A DNA stretch of 64,000 nucleotides from Escherichia phage W143. Numbering within the stretch: the first letter of the stretch is position 1; each line of letters opens with the position of its first letter. The stretch lies in the sequence record MZ189262.1. The stretch is one strand, 5' to 3'. The notes beneath the pieces are model-generated. The model was not told the origin of the DNA and did no database searches. It saw nothing but the letters and a program-made list of their open reading frames with translations. Shown here one piece after another: positions 19,813-29,272 of this stretch. Made by a program: the position numbers and the translations under genes.

Positions 19813-21870
19813 TTATCCTTGAACGAACTTGTAAGGCATGTTTGTAATATCTATGCAAGACGCAATAATTCCGAGAGATGATTCTGCTTTCTGTTTAACA
19901 TTTGATGAAACAAATGATGCAAAGTCAACTCTGTCTTCTATTTCAATATCATCTGTCATTGCAACCAATTCACCAGTTTCCATTAGACGATCACCGTCAT
20001 AAATTACCGATTCGGTGAGTTCTTCCGTAGTCATAACTTCAGCTTGAATAAGCTTGTTGTTAGTTTTAACTGTTCCATCATTGTAAGATGCATCGGTTAT
20101 TTTATTAATTTTGACCATTAGTCCACGTGGCAAAATGACTTCCATTTCATTTGAAGGCGCTAAACTTCCACCGGGTAAAACAACATTGACTTTATCAGCT
20201 CCAGTAATAACCCATCCAATTCCAACTAAATTATCGCTAGAATTAACAAGCCCTTCATCATTTTTATCGATAGAAATGCTTAGACGCTTTTCATCTGGTA
20301 AAACACCCACAGCTGAATCAGTCATCCAAGTACCAAAAATGTTTGGATATAATGATGTTGATACAAAATTTCTAAAATAAAAAACTCGATTTTTTACCAA
20401 TGCTTCATATATTGAAGGTAACATTCGCTGTGAACGATATAAAGTAATACCTTTTGGCAATCGATCACCATTTTTAAAGGCTGAATCTAAATTATCGATG
20501 GCTTGTTCTATTTCGGGTGCTGTCAAAATACTTGTACGCTCATCTGGATTATATAATCCCAAAAGAGCATTATTCATGTCTACATATCCTGAACCCACAT
20601 ATTCACGAATTCCGCGTTTTTGAGCCGGTGTGTATTTAGATGAATCTTTATTTTCGACTATAGAATGCAATGACCATCCAACGGTAAGAGCATATCCACG
20701 TAATTCTCTTCGAATAATCTTTGTTTTTATTGCATTCCAAGAATTTTGCACTAACTCATTTGCAGCATCTTGATTTAAATGCGAATGCTTGTTAATATTT
20801 CTTTCTAACCAAGCACTTTTATATTTTTCTAAAGTATCATCGACTATAGAAGCAATAGTTTCTAAAGTTTTTATTGAAGTAATAGATTCTTTTCGTAATC
20901 TTTCTAAAGCTTTATTTTTTATTTCTGCATTAACATCAGATTCTTTATCTTCAGGAATTATAGAAGCTTCTCTGAATGCCATTCCAGCTGTAACACTATT
21001 AAGAGCATTTTCTAATGCAAATCCTGAAGTAGAAATAACGGTTAATTCGTTAGCATCAGAAATTAAAGGCGCGTCGGCGGGTTTATTTAATTCTGCTGCT
21101 GAAGCCTCAAATTTTTGAAACATTGGTGTTTCAAATCTAGAAGATTCCAATGACTGACTTTGTGCAATTGCTCTACGTGAAATTTTAACTTTAACTATTA
21201 CAGCCTGGTCAGAACGTTTATCGTTTTCTTGCGCAATAGATGCTGCAATTGCCTCATTTTTAGTTACTTGAACCCCAGTATCTTTATTGATATAAACATC
21301 GCCGACTTTCGATTCAACTTTAGTAAAGAGCTCGGTACTAATTTCCGGAACTCCTGGAATGTCTTCTAGTGATACATTTTTGCGATGTATAAGAATATAT
21401 GCATACTTTTTATCATAATCCCAGAGTTCCTTAAGAAGGACGTATCTGCCGCCTGAACGACTACGGATAAGTCTATCAGCAATAACTTGAATTTGACGAG
21501 CTTGACCAGCAGTTTTAGACTTAAGAATACGAAGCATGCAGGCATCAATTTTATACTGACGCATCGTCTGCATTGCAACAGTAAAAACTGAATTGATATA
21601 ATTAATTGGGCTTGGACCGAGACCTTTCAATTTAGCAATTGAACCTTTAGCAGTTAATGTAAAAGGAACAATATGCATCATTTTATCGCCCATTTTTAAA
21701 TCGCGATTAGTATCACCTCCAGATGTATAGGTACATAAACGAAAGCCTGGTTGTTCAATTGCGTCATCAACATGAACTGAAAAAATTTGTGGTATTTTCT
21801 TCTTTGGATTTAAGTTTGTAATCGGAAGAGTAGTATCTTCGTCAAATAATTCTGTAATAAGTTCCATCAT
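19813..21870 (-). CDS. alt: Alt ADP-ribosyltransferase (head-packaged, injected)
   Basis: 685 aa; matches T4 Alt; R (TLYRSQ), FVSTSL, EMEVILPRG motifs; late promoter upstream. Confidence 0.92.
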   Translation of the reverse strand: MMELITELFDEDTTLPITNLNPKKKIPQIFSVHVDDAIEQPGFRLCTYTSGGDTNRDLKMGDKMMHIVPFTLTAKGSIAKLKGLGPSPINYINSVFTVAMQTMRQYKIDACMLRILKSKTAGQARQIQVIADRLIRSRSGGRYVLLKELWDYDKKYAYILIHRKNVSLEDIPGVPEISTELFTKVESKVGDVYINKDTGVQVTKNEAIAASIAQENDKRSDQAVIVKVKISRRAIAQSQSLESSRFETPMFQKFEASAAELNKPADAPLISDANELTVISTSGFALENALNSVTAGMAFREASIIPEDKESDVNAEIKNKALERLRKESITSIKTLETIASIVDDTLEKYKSAWLERNINKHSHLNQDAANELVQNSWNAIKTKIIRRELRGYALTVGWSLHSIVENKDSSKYTPAQKRGIREYVGSGYVDMNNALLGLYNPDERTSILTAPEIEQAIDNLDSAFKNGDRLPKGITLYRSQRMLPSIYEALVKNRVFYFRNFVSTSLYPNIFGTWMTDSAVGVLPDEKRLSISIDKNDEGLVNSSDNLVGIGWVITGADKVNVVLPGGSLAPSNEMEVILPRGLMVKINKITDASYNDGTVKTNNKLIQAEVMTTEELTESVIYDGDRLMETGELVAMTDDIEIEDRVDFASFVSSNVKQKAESSLGIIASCIDITNMPYKFVQG

Positions 21871-21890
21871 ATCCTCTCTAGTGTTTATTC

Positions 21891-21898
21891 TATTTATA
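21891..21898 (-). promoter_or_regulatory. late promoter TATAAATA for alt
   Basis: Minus-strand TATAAATA (plus TATTTATA 21891-21898) 21 nt upstream of alt ATG. Confidence 0.75.
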
Positions 21899-21903
21899 AA
21901 ATT

Positions 21904-21921
21904 AAAGGCCCGAAGGCCTTT
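21904..21921 (-). terminator. stem-loop (AAAGGCC-CGAA-GGCCTTT) between the 62-aa ORF and alt
   Basis: 7-bp GC stem with GNRA-type loop followed by a T-rich tract on the minus strand. Confidence 0.5.
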
Positions 21922-22108
21922 AATAATCTATTGGTAAGAGAGTACGGTATATTTCAAACTTTGGACCTTTTTCATAGGCATCAAATGTTTCTGTGAATTT
22001 ATTATAAGCATATGCATCTATAAATTCAATCATAATTTGTGATACAGAAGTAGAAACATCTCCACCTTCTTTTTGAGCAACGACAATTGTTTCTAAGTAA
22101 GCTTTCAT
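21920..22108 (-). CDS. hypothetical protein, 62 aa
   Basis: ORF MKAYLETIVVAQKEGG... whose start overlaps the ligase stop (ATGA coupling). Confidence 0.5.
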   Translation of the reverse strand: MKAYLETIVVAQKEGGDVSTSVSQIMIEFIDAYAYNKFTETFDAYEKGPKFEIYRTLLPIDY

Positions 22109-23568
22109 AGACCAGTTACCTCATGAAAATCACCAAATACATCCTCGAATGTATTAGCTTTAGTTTTATCTTCACGTAAACGAATCGCAATCGGAAGAAA
22201 TAATTTAACGTAATCAGTGCGGCCATCAGATTTTAACCAACCGTTGCATTCGCACTCTAGAATTTTTCCAATATAATAATTTTGGTTTTCCATAATGCGA
22301 GTACGGTCAAGTTCATGTGATTTTACACCGGCTTTATCTTTTAAGCCTGAACCAGCATTTACTTTAATTTTTCCACACTCTGATTCAAGAATAAATCCAC
22401 CTGCTTTAGTAGGGTCTTTACGGTGAGGATAAATTCCTACAATTTTTAAATCAACATCAATTACTTCTTTAAATTTATAGAGATTTTTTGAACGAGCATT
22501 TTCCCATAATCCATCGATATTTTTGAGAATAATACCTTCAAGACCTTGGTCAATATACTTTTTATAAATTACCTTAGCTTCATCTAGGTTATTTACTAGC
22601 TGGTTTTCAATTAAAATTACTTTATCATATCCTGATGTCATTTGTTCTAGTTTAGAAAAACGTACATCATATTTTAAACGAAACGCCGGAAGACCGTATA
22701 TTTCTACCAACGGGACATAATCCCAGACCTGAAACTTCATACATTGAGCTTCTTTTTCAGAAATGGTTCCTTTTAAAGATTTATTGGCGATTCCATTAGA
22801 AGTAGTACGAGATTCCGCTACTTCGGCGAATTCTTTAGCTTTACTAATTTCAGGATAAGCATCAAAAAGAAAATCTAGGCCTTCTGGTTCCTTTTTAACT
22901 TGCTCATGGTATACCAATTCGCCATCAATTAACACGCCTTCTGGATGAATCTGGCGGGCTTCAGCAGTCATTTTGATTAACTCTTCCTTAAGAAGATCTA
23001 ATCCTAGATATTCATTACCAGCTCGTGATAAAAGACGAACATCATCTAATTCATCACCTCGGACTTCAGCAAAACACCGAGCTCCATCTGCTTTTAACTG
23101 TGCAAAAGCTGGAAACTTGATATTCTTACTAATGCCTTTTTCATCATAAGAACTTGCCAGCATTTGAGGTTGTTCAGGAATTAAACCTGGCCAAACTTTG
23201 TTTGCAATAGATACTGAAGCACCGCATTCAAGGTCTCGCATCATAACTCGACGTAAAACTTCAACATCATCCTTTTTACCATCAGTGATATATCCAGTTA
23301 ATTCCTCAATTGCTGCATTTCCAGTCAATTTCCGAGTAGCTAACGTAAATTCAATAAAGTCAAGCATATCGGTAATGGTCAGCATTCCAAAACTCTGGGT
23401 AGCAATACCAGGCTTAGGCCATTTCTTGATATAATACTGTAACCCACGAGAATAAGTCAGACGATATACTCGTTTAAGCAATTCATTACCTTTATTCTTT
23501 TCAAGAATTGCTTGCTTCTGCTTAGTTGATCCAATAGATGCTATTTCATTCAGAATTTTAAGAATCAT
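22105..23568 (-). CDS. 30: ATP-dependent DNA ligase gp30
   Basis: 487 aa, MILKILNEIASIGSTKQKQAILEKNK...; adenylation motif KADGAR; matches T4 DNA ligase. Confidence 0.97.
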   Translation of the reverse strand: MILKILNEIASIGSTKQKQAILEKNKGNELLKRVYRLTYSRGLQYYIKKWPKPGIATQSFGMLTITDMLDFIEFTLATRKLTGNAAIEELTGYITDGKKDDVEVLRRVMMRDLECGASVSIANKVWPGLIPEQPQMLASSYDEKGISKNIKFPAFAQLKADGARCFAEVRGDELDDVRLLSRAGNEYLGLDLLKEELIKMTAEARQIHPEGVLIDGELVYHEQVKKEPEGLDFLFDAYPEISKAKEFAEVAESRTTSNGIANKSLKGTISEKEAQCMKFQVWDYVPLVEIYGLPAFRLKYDVRFSKLEQMTSGYDKVILIENQLVNNLDEAKVIYKKYIDQGLEGIILKNIDGLWENARSKNLYKFKEVIDVDLKIVGIYPHRKDPTKAGGFILESECGKIKVNAGSGLKDKAGVKSHELDRTRIMENQNYYIGKILECECNGWLKSDGRTDYVKLFLPIAIRLREDKTKANTFEDVFGDFHEVTGL

Positions 23569-23834
23569 TGTTCATCCTTCAGAGTTTGATTTACATTTCT
23601 ATTATAAATCAATTCATCATTAAGCTCAGGCAAAGACTTATGATATGTAGTTCTAACTTTATTTCCTTGCATCCAGTGCTTGACGTAAATGAAACCTTGC
23701 TCTACACATTTTTTAAAAATTCGTTCATCCTTTTGAGCACGGAACTCTGGATTACATCTAAAAAATTGATTTACGTGACCGTAATCACGTGTAGTATTAC
23801 CTTCATTTTCATAAATAGTATGAACAACAAACAT
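23565..23834 (-). CDS. 30.1: hypothetical protein (T4 30.1 position)
   Basis: 89-aa ORF translationally coupled to neighbours. Confidence 0.7.
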   Translation of the reverse strand: MFVVHTIYENEGNTTRDYGHVNQFFRCNPEFRAQKDERIFKKCVEQGFIYVKHWMQGNKVRTTYHKSLPELNDELIYNRNVNQTLKDEQ

Positions 23835-24673
23835 TAGAATGCTCCTTGAAAAATATTATCACCACTAGTAGGTCTATTATACAAATACTCTATGCCACCA
23901 GGTTTAATATAGTTCCATGTCTGAAACGGATGTGTCTGATATGGATGATATAGATGATTATAAGGATTTAATCCAGGCGTTCTCCAGGTAGTGTTCCAAG
24001 GAAAAGAATCGTTTTTAACCATCTTCTCAATTAAATCTTTTATAGCTTTTTCACTATCAAAACTTTCTTTATTTTCCTTTAGTGAAAAAAGCTTATTTTC
24101 TACATCATTCCATGTATAAACTCGCTGCGCAGTTTTTGGAATATTGTCACGCTCTCCTCGAGCCATCCAATAAACTGGAACATTTAATATTTCACTCGCA
24201 TGATCGCAGTGATGGGCGAGATCGTCAATATAACAAATTACGTTATATTTCTCTTTTGCCTTTTTGAACAGCTCTTCTTTTGAAGAATCATGACCACACA
24301 TCATTACTTCTGAGAAGGCACCAGGAAAAAGAGCATTCAAATTAAATTGACGATTCAACAGAGCGTCAATAGAATCACCCAATGCTGTAACAGCTACAAA
24401 ATTATAATCTTCTTTTAATTTGTTAATTACACACAGGGCATCTTTATATGGAGACAAGTAACGAATAAAATCTGATCGATTGTATTTTTCAATTAACTTG
24501 ACACCAAGTTCTTCATCACAATTAAAGAGTTTACCTGGAGAAATAAATTTCTCATCTTGGATCATTTTTAAAATATGTTCTAACGGAAGATTATATTTCT
24601 GAGCAAAATAAGGAAGACCTGATTGCCAGCTTAAACATACTCCATCAATATCAGTTAAAATAGTAGGCTTCAT
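23834..24673 (-). CDS. 30.2: HAD-like hydrolase/nucleotidase candidate (T4 30.2 position)
   Basis: 279 aa; N-terminal ILTDIDGV (HAD motif I DxDGx) and later acidic YIDD segment. Confidence 0.7.
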   Translation of the reverse strand: MKPTILTDIDGVCLSWQSGLPYFAQKYNLPLEHILKMIQDEKFISPGKLFNCDEELGVKLIEKYNRSDFIRYLSPYKDALCVINKLKEDYNFVAVTALGDSIDALLNRQFNLNALFPGAFSEVMMCGHDSSKEELFKKAKEKYNVICYIDDLAHHCDHASEILNVPVYWMARGERDNIPKTAQRVYTWNDVENKLFSLKENKESFDSEKAIKDLIEKMVKNDSFPWNTTWRTPGLNPYNHLYHPYQTHPFQTWNYIKPGGIEYLYNRPTSGDNIFQGAF

Positions 24674-25134
24674 AGAGAGTCTCTTAATAGGTTTAACACA
24701 TCAATAAATTCAGCTTCGGTTAGTATTGTATCATCTTTTGTTAGACCACTAGCCATGCTGTGCTTCAAAACTTTTCCTTTCGAGGCTTGTAATGCATCGC
24801 GAAAGCCCTTGTTTTGGAACGCTGCTTCAAAATATGCATTTGTGTATAATTCTTTCCACGCTGGAGAGTATCTTGAAAATGGAACTCCAATCCAGAACAA
24901 CGTGCCACGGTCCTGAGCTCTAGCGTAAGACCTTCCAGCTTGTTGGGCGGCAAGCCCGGATAACCCAAATATACGTCTTTGCTGTTCAACATTTTTCACC
25001 TTACATCCTTGGAGGAATCCTTCGAGACCTCCAAATTGGATACCATCCATAACAAAAGGCCATTGGGCGAAATTACTTAATGCACATGATGGCCATCTAA
25101 AATTGCTTCTTATCTCTAGCTCAGACATTTTCAA
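24670..25134 (-). CDS. 30.3: NADAR/YbiA-family (DUF1768-like) protein (T4 30.3 position)
   Basis: 154 aa; SNFAQWPFVMDGIQFGGLEGFLQGCK parallels E. coli YbiA FSNFAAWPIKVDGKTWPTSEHYFQAQK (recalled). Confidence 0.75.
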   Translation of the reverse strand: MKMSELEIRSNFRWPSCALSNFAQWPFVMDGIQFGGLEGFLQGCKVKNVEQQRRIFGLSGLAAQQAGRSYARAQDRGTLFWIGVPFSRYSPAWKELYTNAYFEAAFQNKGFRDALQASKGKVLKHSMASGLTKDDTILTEAEFIDVLNLLRDSL

Positions 25135-25327
25135 TACTTATAATTTCAACATCAGCCCAATGACCATAGCAAGGAAGACGAAATTCAACTGGCCAGTTAG
25201 GGTCCTTTTCTAATATAATAGACTGAACTTGTGGCTCTTCATATTCATCGGTATACGGACCTTTATACGTTACTTTATATGTGACCTTAATGTACTGAAT
25301 TCCAAAAATCTTATTAATTATATTCAT
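25121..25327 (-). CDS. 30.4: hypothetical protein (T4 30.4 position)
   Basis: 68-aa ORF, coupled overlaps with neighbours. Confidence 0.6.
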   Translation of the reverse strand: MNIINKIFGIQYIKVTYKVTYKGPYTDEYEEPQVQSIILEKDPNWPVEFRLPCYGHWADVEIISIENV

Positions 25328-25521
25328 ACTAATTCCTTTAATCCGTAAATAGGAGATAATTCATCACCCATACGAAGGTCTTCATTTCCATCTACCCAGG
25401 AAACAATATAAGCCTCTTTTATTTGAATACCACTCCATTTAAATGGAGGTAGAACCTTAGAAATTAATCCAGGTATACCGACTCCCTTTAATTCAACAGT
25501 TTGACCCAAAAAGAATTTCAT
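25324..25521 (-). CDS. 30.5: hypothetical protein (T4 30.5 position)
   Basis: 65-aa ORF. Confidence 0.6.
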   Translation of the reverse strand: MKFFLGQTVELKGVGIPGLISKVLPPFKWSGIQIKEAYIVSWVDGNEDLRMGDELSPIYGLKELV

Positions 25522-25808
25522 TAGAACCTCATCTGAAAACCATGCGATTTAACATTACCGCCGTCAATATCAGAAATGTTAATTTCACGCGCAATTGAAG
25601 GGTCAATGTCAATTTCACGATTGAGTTTAGCGATAGCTAGAGTATCACGCCCATTTACAGTACGGAACTCTAAAGGGCAGACTGCATTAACATAGTTTTT
25701 AATCGATTCACTAGTAGGCTGCAAATGAGCAGGAAGGTCTTTAGGCGCCTTTGAGAAAACCACTTCACAGAAATTTTTGCGGGTATCAAAATAAGTAGTC
25801 ATAAACAT
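25521..25808 (-). CDS. 30.6: hypothetical protein (T4 30.6 position)
   Basis: 95-aa ORF; GAGGA SD upstream of ATG 25808. Confidence 0.65.
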   Translation of the reverse strand: MFMTTYFDTRKNFCEVVFSKAPKDLPAHLQPTSESIKNYVNAVCPLEFRTVNGRDTLAIAKLNREIDIDPSIAREINISDIDGGNVKSHGFQMRF

Positions 25809-25848
25809 AGTATTTTCCTCAGTAAGGGGCCGAAGCCCCTATTTTATT

Positions 25849-26214
25849 TTAAATATCAAATTCGTTAAGAACTACATCAAAGATCGCTTCAAGATGCTCA
25901 GGTTTAGCTCTGTTACTCAGAATATGACGAATCCAAGTTTTAACCAGAAGCTTACGATTGACGCCATTCCAGCAAGGATGAGTCCCTAAATCACGTTGAC
26001 GGAAATCATCATCTAATGCGATTTTAAAAGAAGAACCTTCTTTCGTGATTGAAACCGTGATGCCATTTTCAAATCGCATATAAACGTAGTTAGGAGTCAT
26101 ATACTGTTCAATTTCGCATACTGATCCATTTTGATGTTTCCAAAGGCAGATAGTATCAATAGAACCTGCAATACCGTTAGAAACATATTTACGTTCAAAG
26201 TTGATGTAGTTCAT
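25849..26214 (-). CDS. 30.7: hypothetical protein (T4 30.7 position)
   Basis: 121-aa ORF. Confidence 0.7.
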   Translation of the reverse strand: MNYINFERKYVSNGIAGSIDTICLWKHQNGSVCEIEQYMTPNYVYMRFENGITVSITKEGSSFKIALDDDFRQRDLGTHPCWNGVNRKLLVKTWIRHILSNRAKPEHLEAIFDVVLNEFDI

Positions 26215-26282
26215 TTTTATTCTCCGAGATGTTTAATTGCGGTACAGGTATATAATATCATATCCTGTACCAAAGTAAACAA

Positions 26283-26615
26283 TTATTTTACTACTTTCCA
26301 GTGCTGCATGTCAAGTTTACCAACTTTTTTCATCTTCTCAATTAAGCGTTCGGCACGTTGGCGAGCTGTAACATAATACCATTCACCCAATTCATTTTGT
26401 TCAATTTTTCCAACGATTACTGTATTCAATTCATAAATCCAACCAGTAAAGAAATTATGAACTTGAATTGTAAAGGTGAAATCTGTTCCCATACCTTCTG
26501 TTGTTTCTACTTCAATAATATCACCTTCAACTGCCATTAAGAACCACATAGTTTCATCATATTTACCATTGAAGCATTTAGTTTTAACTGTGGCGTTCAG
26601 ATTAATCGTTTTCAT
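26283..26615 (-). CDS. 30.8: hypothetical protein (T4 30.8 position)
   Basis: 110-aa ORF; early-type promoter upstream (GTTTAC at plus 26667-26672). Confidence 0.7.
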   Translation of the reverse strand: MKTINLNATVKTKCFNGKYDETMWFLMAVEGDIIEVETTEGMGTDFTFTIQVHNFFTGWIYELNTVIVGKIEQNELGEWYYVTARQRAERLIEKMKKVGKLDMQHWKVVK

Positions 26616-26725
26616 TTTATTCTCCTTTGTTTGTGTAAGATAATACTATCACAAAGGAACTATACTGTAAACAACTTTATGCAATCTTTGGAAAATAAAA
26701 AAGGACTCCCGAAGGAGTCCTCAAC

Positions 26726-26902
26726 TTATGCTTTCTGCTTACCAAAACGAGAAGCATCATCTCGAAGAACCGCACGTGCTCGGCGCATGATCTTCTCAAC
26801 AGTTTGATTGATACGAGAGTTCGACCCACGCTTGTAACCAGCGCGTTTAGAATCACCAACTTTCTTTTCAACTGCTTTCTTTGCTTTAGCTTGTTTTGCC
26901 AT
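26726..26902 (-). CDS. 30.9: small basic protein, 58 aa (T4 30.9 position)
   Basis: MAKQAKAKKAVEKKVGDSKRAGYKRG... from ATG 26902; the ORF-track start at 26944 is an N-terminal over-extension. Confidence 0.6.
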   Translation of the reverse strand: MAKQAKAKKAVEKKVGDSKRAGYKRGSNSRINQTVEKIMRRARAVLRDDASRFGKQKA

Positions 26903-27022
26903 TATAAATTCTCTTTTAAATGAAAATGCAGGACTTATTGGCATTGCCTGCGCAGGCCCTCAAGGGGAACATAGGTTTTTGAATATTTAACGACCAGGAT
27001 AACCATAAACCCGTCATCATAC

Positions 27023-27271
27023 TTACTTCAGTGTTACCACAAAGTGACGAACTGCTTTTCGTGCGGCAGAAGCCAGAGGCTTAGCATACTTAAGTTCATC
27101 TTTTTCCTGGAGCTCAGCAGCTAATGCAGTTTGAGCAGGATTCAGATGTTTGAAATAACGCAGGATTTCAAGAGCTTCGGCTTCAACATCAATAGATGCG
27201 CCATAGTTTTCGTGACCATTATTCCATGCGTTTCGTTGCAGTTCAAGAGCGTGTTGTAATTGTTTAATCAT
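27023..27271 (-). CDS. rIII: rIII lysis-inhibition accessory protein
   Basis: 82 aa, MIKQLQHALELQRNAWNNGHENYG...; matches T4 rIII. Confidence 0.85.
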   Translation of the reverse strand: MIKQLQHALELQRNAWNNGHENYGASIDVEAEALEILRYFKHLNPAQTALAAELQEKDELKYAKPLASAARKAVRHFVVTLK

Positions 27272-27418
27272 TTAAAAATTCTCGTTAGAGATTAAAACTC
27301 GGTAGTCACGTTCTTCTGAATTTCATCTTCTTTCGACAGATCTCTCAGTTGTAGACTACCACGTAGAATTGTTCGGTTAACTTATTATTCCGACACCCAA
27401 TTCATATTATTATTTATA

Positions 27419-27754
27419 TCACTTATAAAGACACGGAATAGCTTTATAGTGACAAGTAACGAATTTTTGTTTAATTTCTTTTGGCTGCTTAAGACCCAGA
27501 GCTACAAAAGGATGCGGAACGTTTCGAATTTGACCAACTGGAAGAGAAGTCAAATCACCAACTTCACAGAAACCTTCAGGAACATCAGGACCAACAGAGT
27601 GAACTACACACAGTTCAGGAACTTCACCTTGAACACGTTTACCGATAATAAGTCCTGATTCTGTAACTTCTTCATCACCGGCTTGCGCAGGTTCAGAAAC
27701 TAAAATAACATATTCACCGACAGCACGAATTGGTAGCTGTTGTACTTCAGACAT
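27419..27754 (-). CDS. 31: co-chaperonin gp31 (GroES analog)
   Basis: 111 aa, [29 protein letters not shown]...; matches T4 gp31. Confidence 0.95.
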
Positions 27755-27810
27755 TGTTTTTCCTTTTTGTTAACAGACGAATTAATAATAACAAATAATT
27801 CTTAAAGCAT

Positions 27811-28119
27811 TTATTTACCAATAAATTGAAGCAAATGCTCAACTTTCATACCATTAACGGAAATCAATTTGTCAATAGAAAAACCTCGCCATGCACCGAG
27901 CTCAACATCAAATACCGGAATCATATCAGTAGATTCTTTCCGAGTAGATTCAGTCAATTTACCGGTTTGCATAGTTGGCATAAAGTCAGCATCACGAGTG
28001 CCTTTCATAGTACGAATAGTACCATCAGACTTTTCAAAAACCACGTTTGAAATACCCATGGACAATTTAGTTTTCAAAATTTCACGAATTGCTACTTTCT
28101 GTTCAGTTGTCAATTTCAT
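27811..28119 (-). CDS. 31.1: hypothetical protein (T4 31.1 position)
   Basis: 102-aa ORF. Confidence 0.7.
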   Translation of the reverse strand: MKLTTEQKVAIREILKTKLSMGISNVVFEKSDGTIRTMKGTRDADFMPTMQTGKLTESTRKESTDMIPVFDVELGAWRGFSIDKLISVNGMKVEHLLQFIGK

Positions 28120-28356
28120 TTATTTACCTATTACAGTTTTAATATGGGTTGTTCCACGTTCTTTAAGAGTGGAAAGCAATTTTTGGCATTTTTCTAAATC
28201 AGATTTCCAACTATACGGTCTATCAATACAAACCCATTCTGACTTATAATACTGCTTCCATTTAGAGAAAAAATATTTCTTATACTCTACAGCAAATGAA
28301 ATGTTCTCGTTAGAATAAGAACTAATTGCTGTGAGCTGTACCAAACGAAATTTCAT
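28120..28356 (-). CDS. 31.2: hypothetical protein (T4 31.2 position)
   Basis: 78-aa ORF coupled to cd. Confidence 0.65.
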   Translation of the reverse strand: MKFRLVQLTAISSYSNENISFAVEYKKYFFSKWKQYYKSEWVCIDRPYSWKSDLEKCQKLLSTLKERGTTHIKTVIGK

Positions 28357-28937
28357 TATTCACCACAGAATTCGTTGATATTTTCCCAATTTAACTTATT
28401 TAAGTTTTTCTTAGGAACATTAAACACTTCAATACCCGCATTTCGCAGAATATCATCCCAGCCAGGTTTATTTTTATCGTATGTTTCGCAATAAACCAGT
28501 TTTTTAATTCCAGATTGAGCTATGGCTTTTGCACAATCCGGACAAGGAGAAAGTGTTACATACATAGTAGCACCTTCAATTGAAGAACCGTTTCGTGCAG
28601 CAAACAAAATTGCATTTAGTTCAGCATGAATTTCATTTTTAGACGACCATTCAGAATGAGCGCTGCGGTGTTCTTTCGCCAAGACAAAACGATCAGTTGA
28701 ACCAAATGATACACATTCAGGCTTATGACCTTGAATGATAGTATGTTTAGGCTTATTCAGCAACCAACCTTGCTCAGCAGCATAATCGCAGCAATTCACA
28801 CCCCCGGCAGGTGAACCATTATATCCGGTAGAAATAATACGTCCATTCTTTTCAATTACTGCTCCTACCTTCCAGGAGCAACATTTGGATTCTTGTGATA
28901 CTAAATATGCAATTTGAAGTACTGTACTCGCTTTCAT
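28356..28937 (-). CDS. cd: dCMP deaminase
   Basis: 193 aa; zinc-binding deaminase motifs HAELNAI and SPCPDCAKAI; matches T4 Cd. Confidence 0.95.
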   Translation of the reverse strand: MKASTVLQIAYLVSQESKCCSWKVGAVIEKNGRIISTGYNGSPAGGVNCCDYAAEQGWLLNKPKHTIIQGHKPECVSFGSTDRFVLAKEHRSAHSEWSSKNEIHAELNAILFAARNGSSIEGATMYVTLSPCPDCAKAIAQSGIKKLVYCETYDKNKPGWDDILRNAGIEVFNVPKKNLNKLNWENINEFCGE

Positions 28938-29272
28938 TTCATAATCACCAGATAAGCAGATTTAGCAGTTTCAACACGATAAATTTCGTGACGAAGTTTA
29001 GTTATACTTTTAATAACAGAACTAATTATATTCTGCCCATCTTTAAAGCGGTTTTTCTTATCAATAAAAATTGCACCAGCCATCTTTTTGTGAAGCTCAA
29101 CTGGATACTTTGTCACAATAATAGCATCATACACAGAAGGATGAATACTATTCACTAGAGTATCATTCATTAAAGTTATTCTAATGAACTGTGCTGTTTC
29201 AGAATCAAGCGCTCTATGATCGCCAATATCATTTTCAAGACAATTATCAATTATATCAGTTAAATTCATCAT
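28934..29272 (-). CDS. cd.1: hypothetical protein (T4 cd.1 position)
   Basis: 112-aa ORF. Confidence 0.65.
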   Translation of the reverse strand: MMNLTDIIDNCLENDIGDHRALDSETAQFIRITLMNDTLVNSIHPSVYDAIIVTKYPVELHKKMAGAIFIDKKNRFKDGQNIISSVIKSITKLRHEIYRVETAKSAYLVIMK

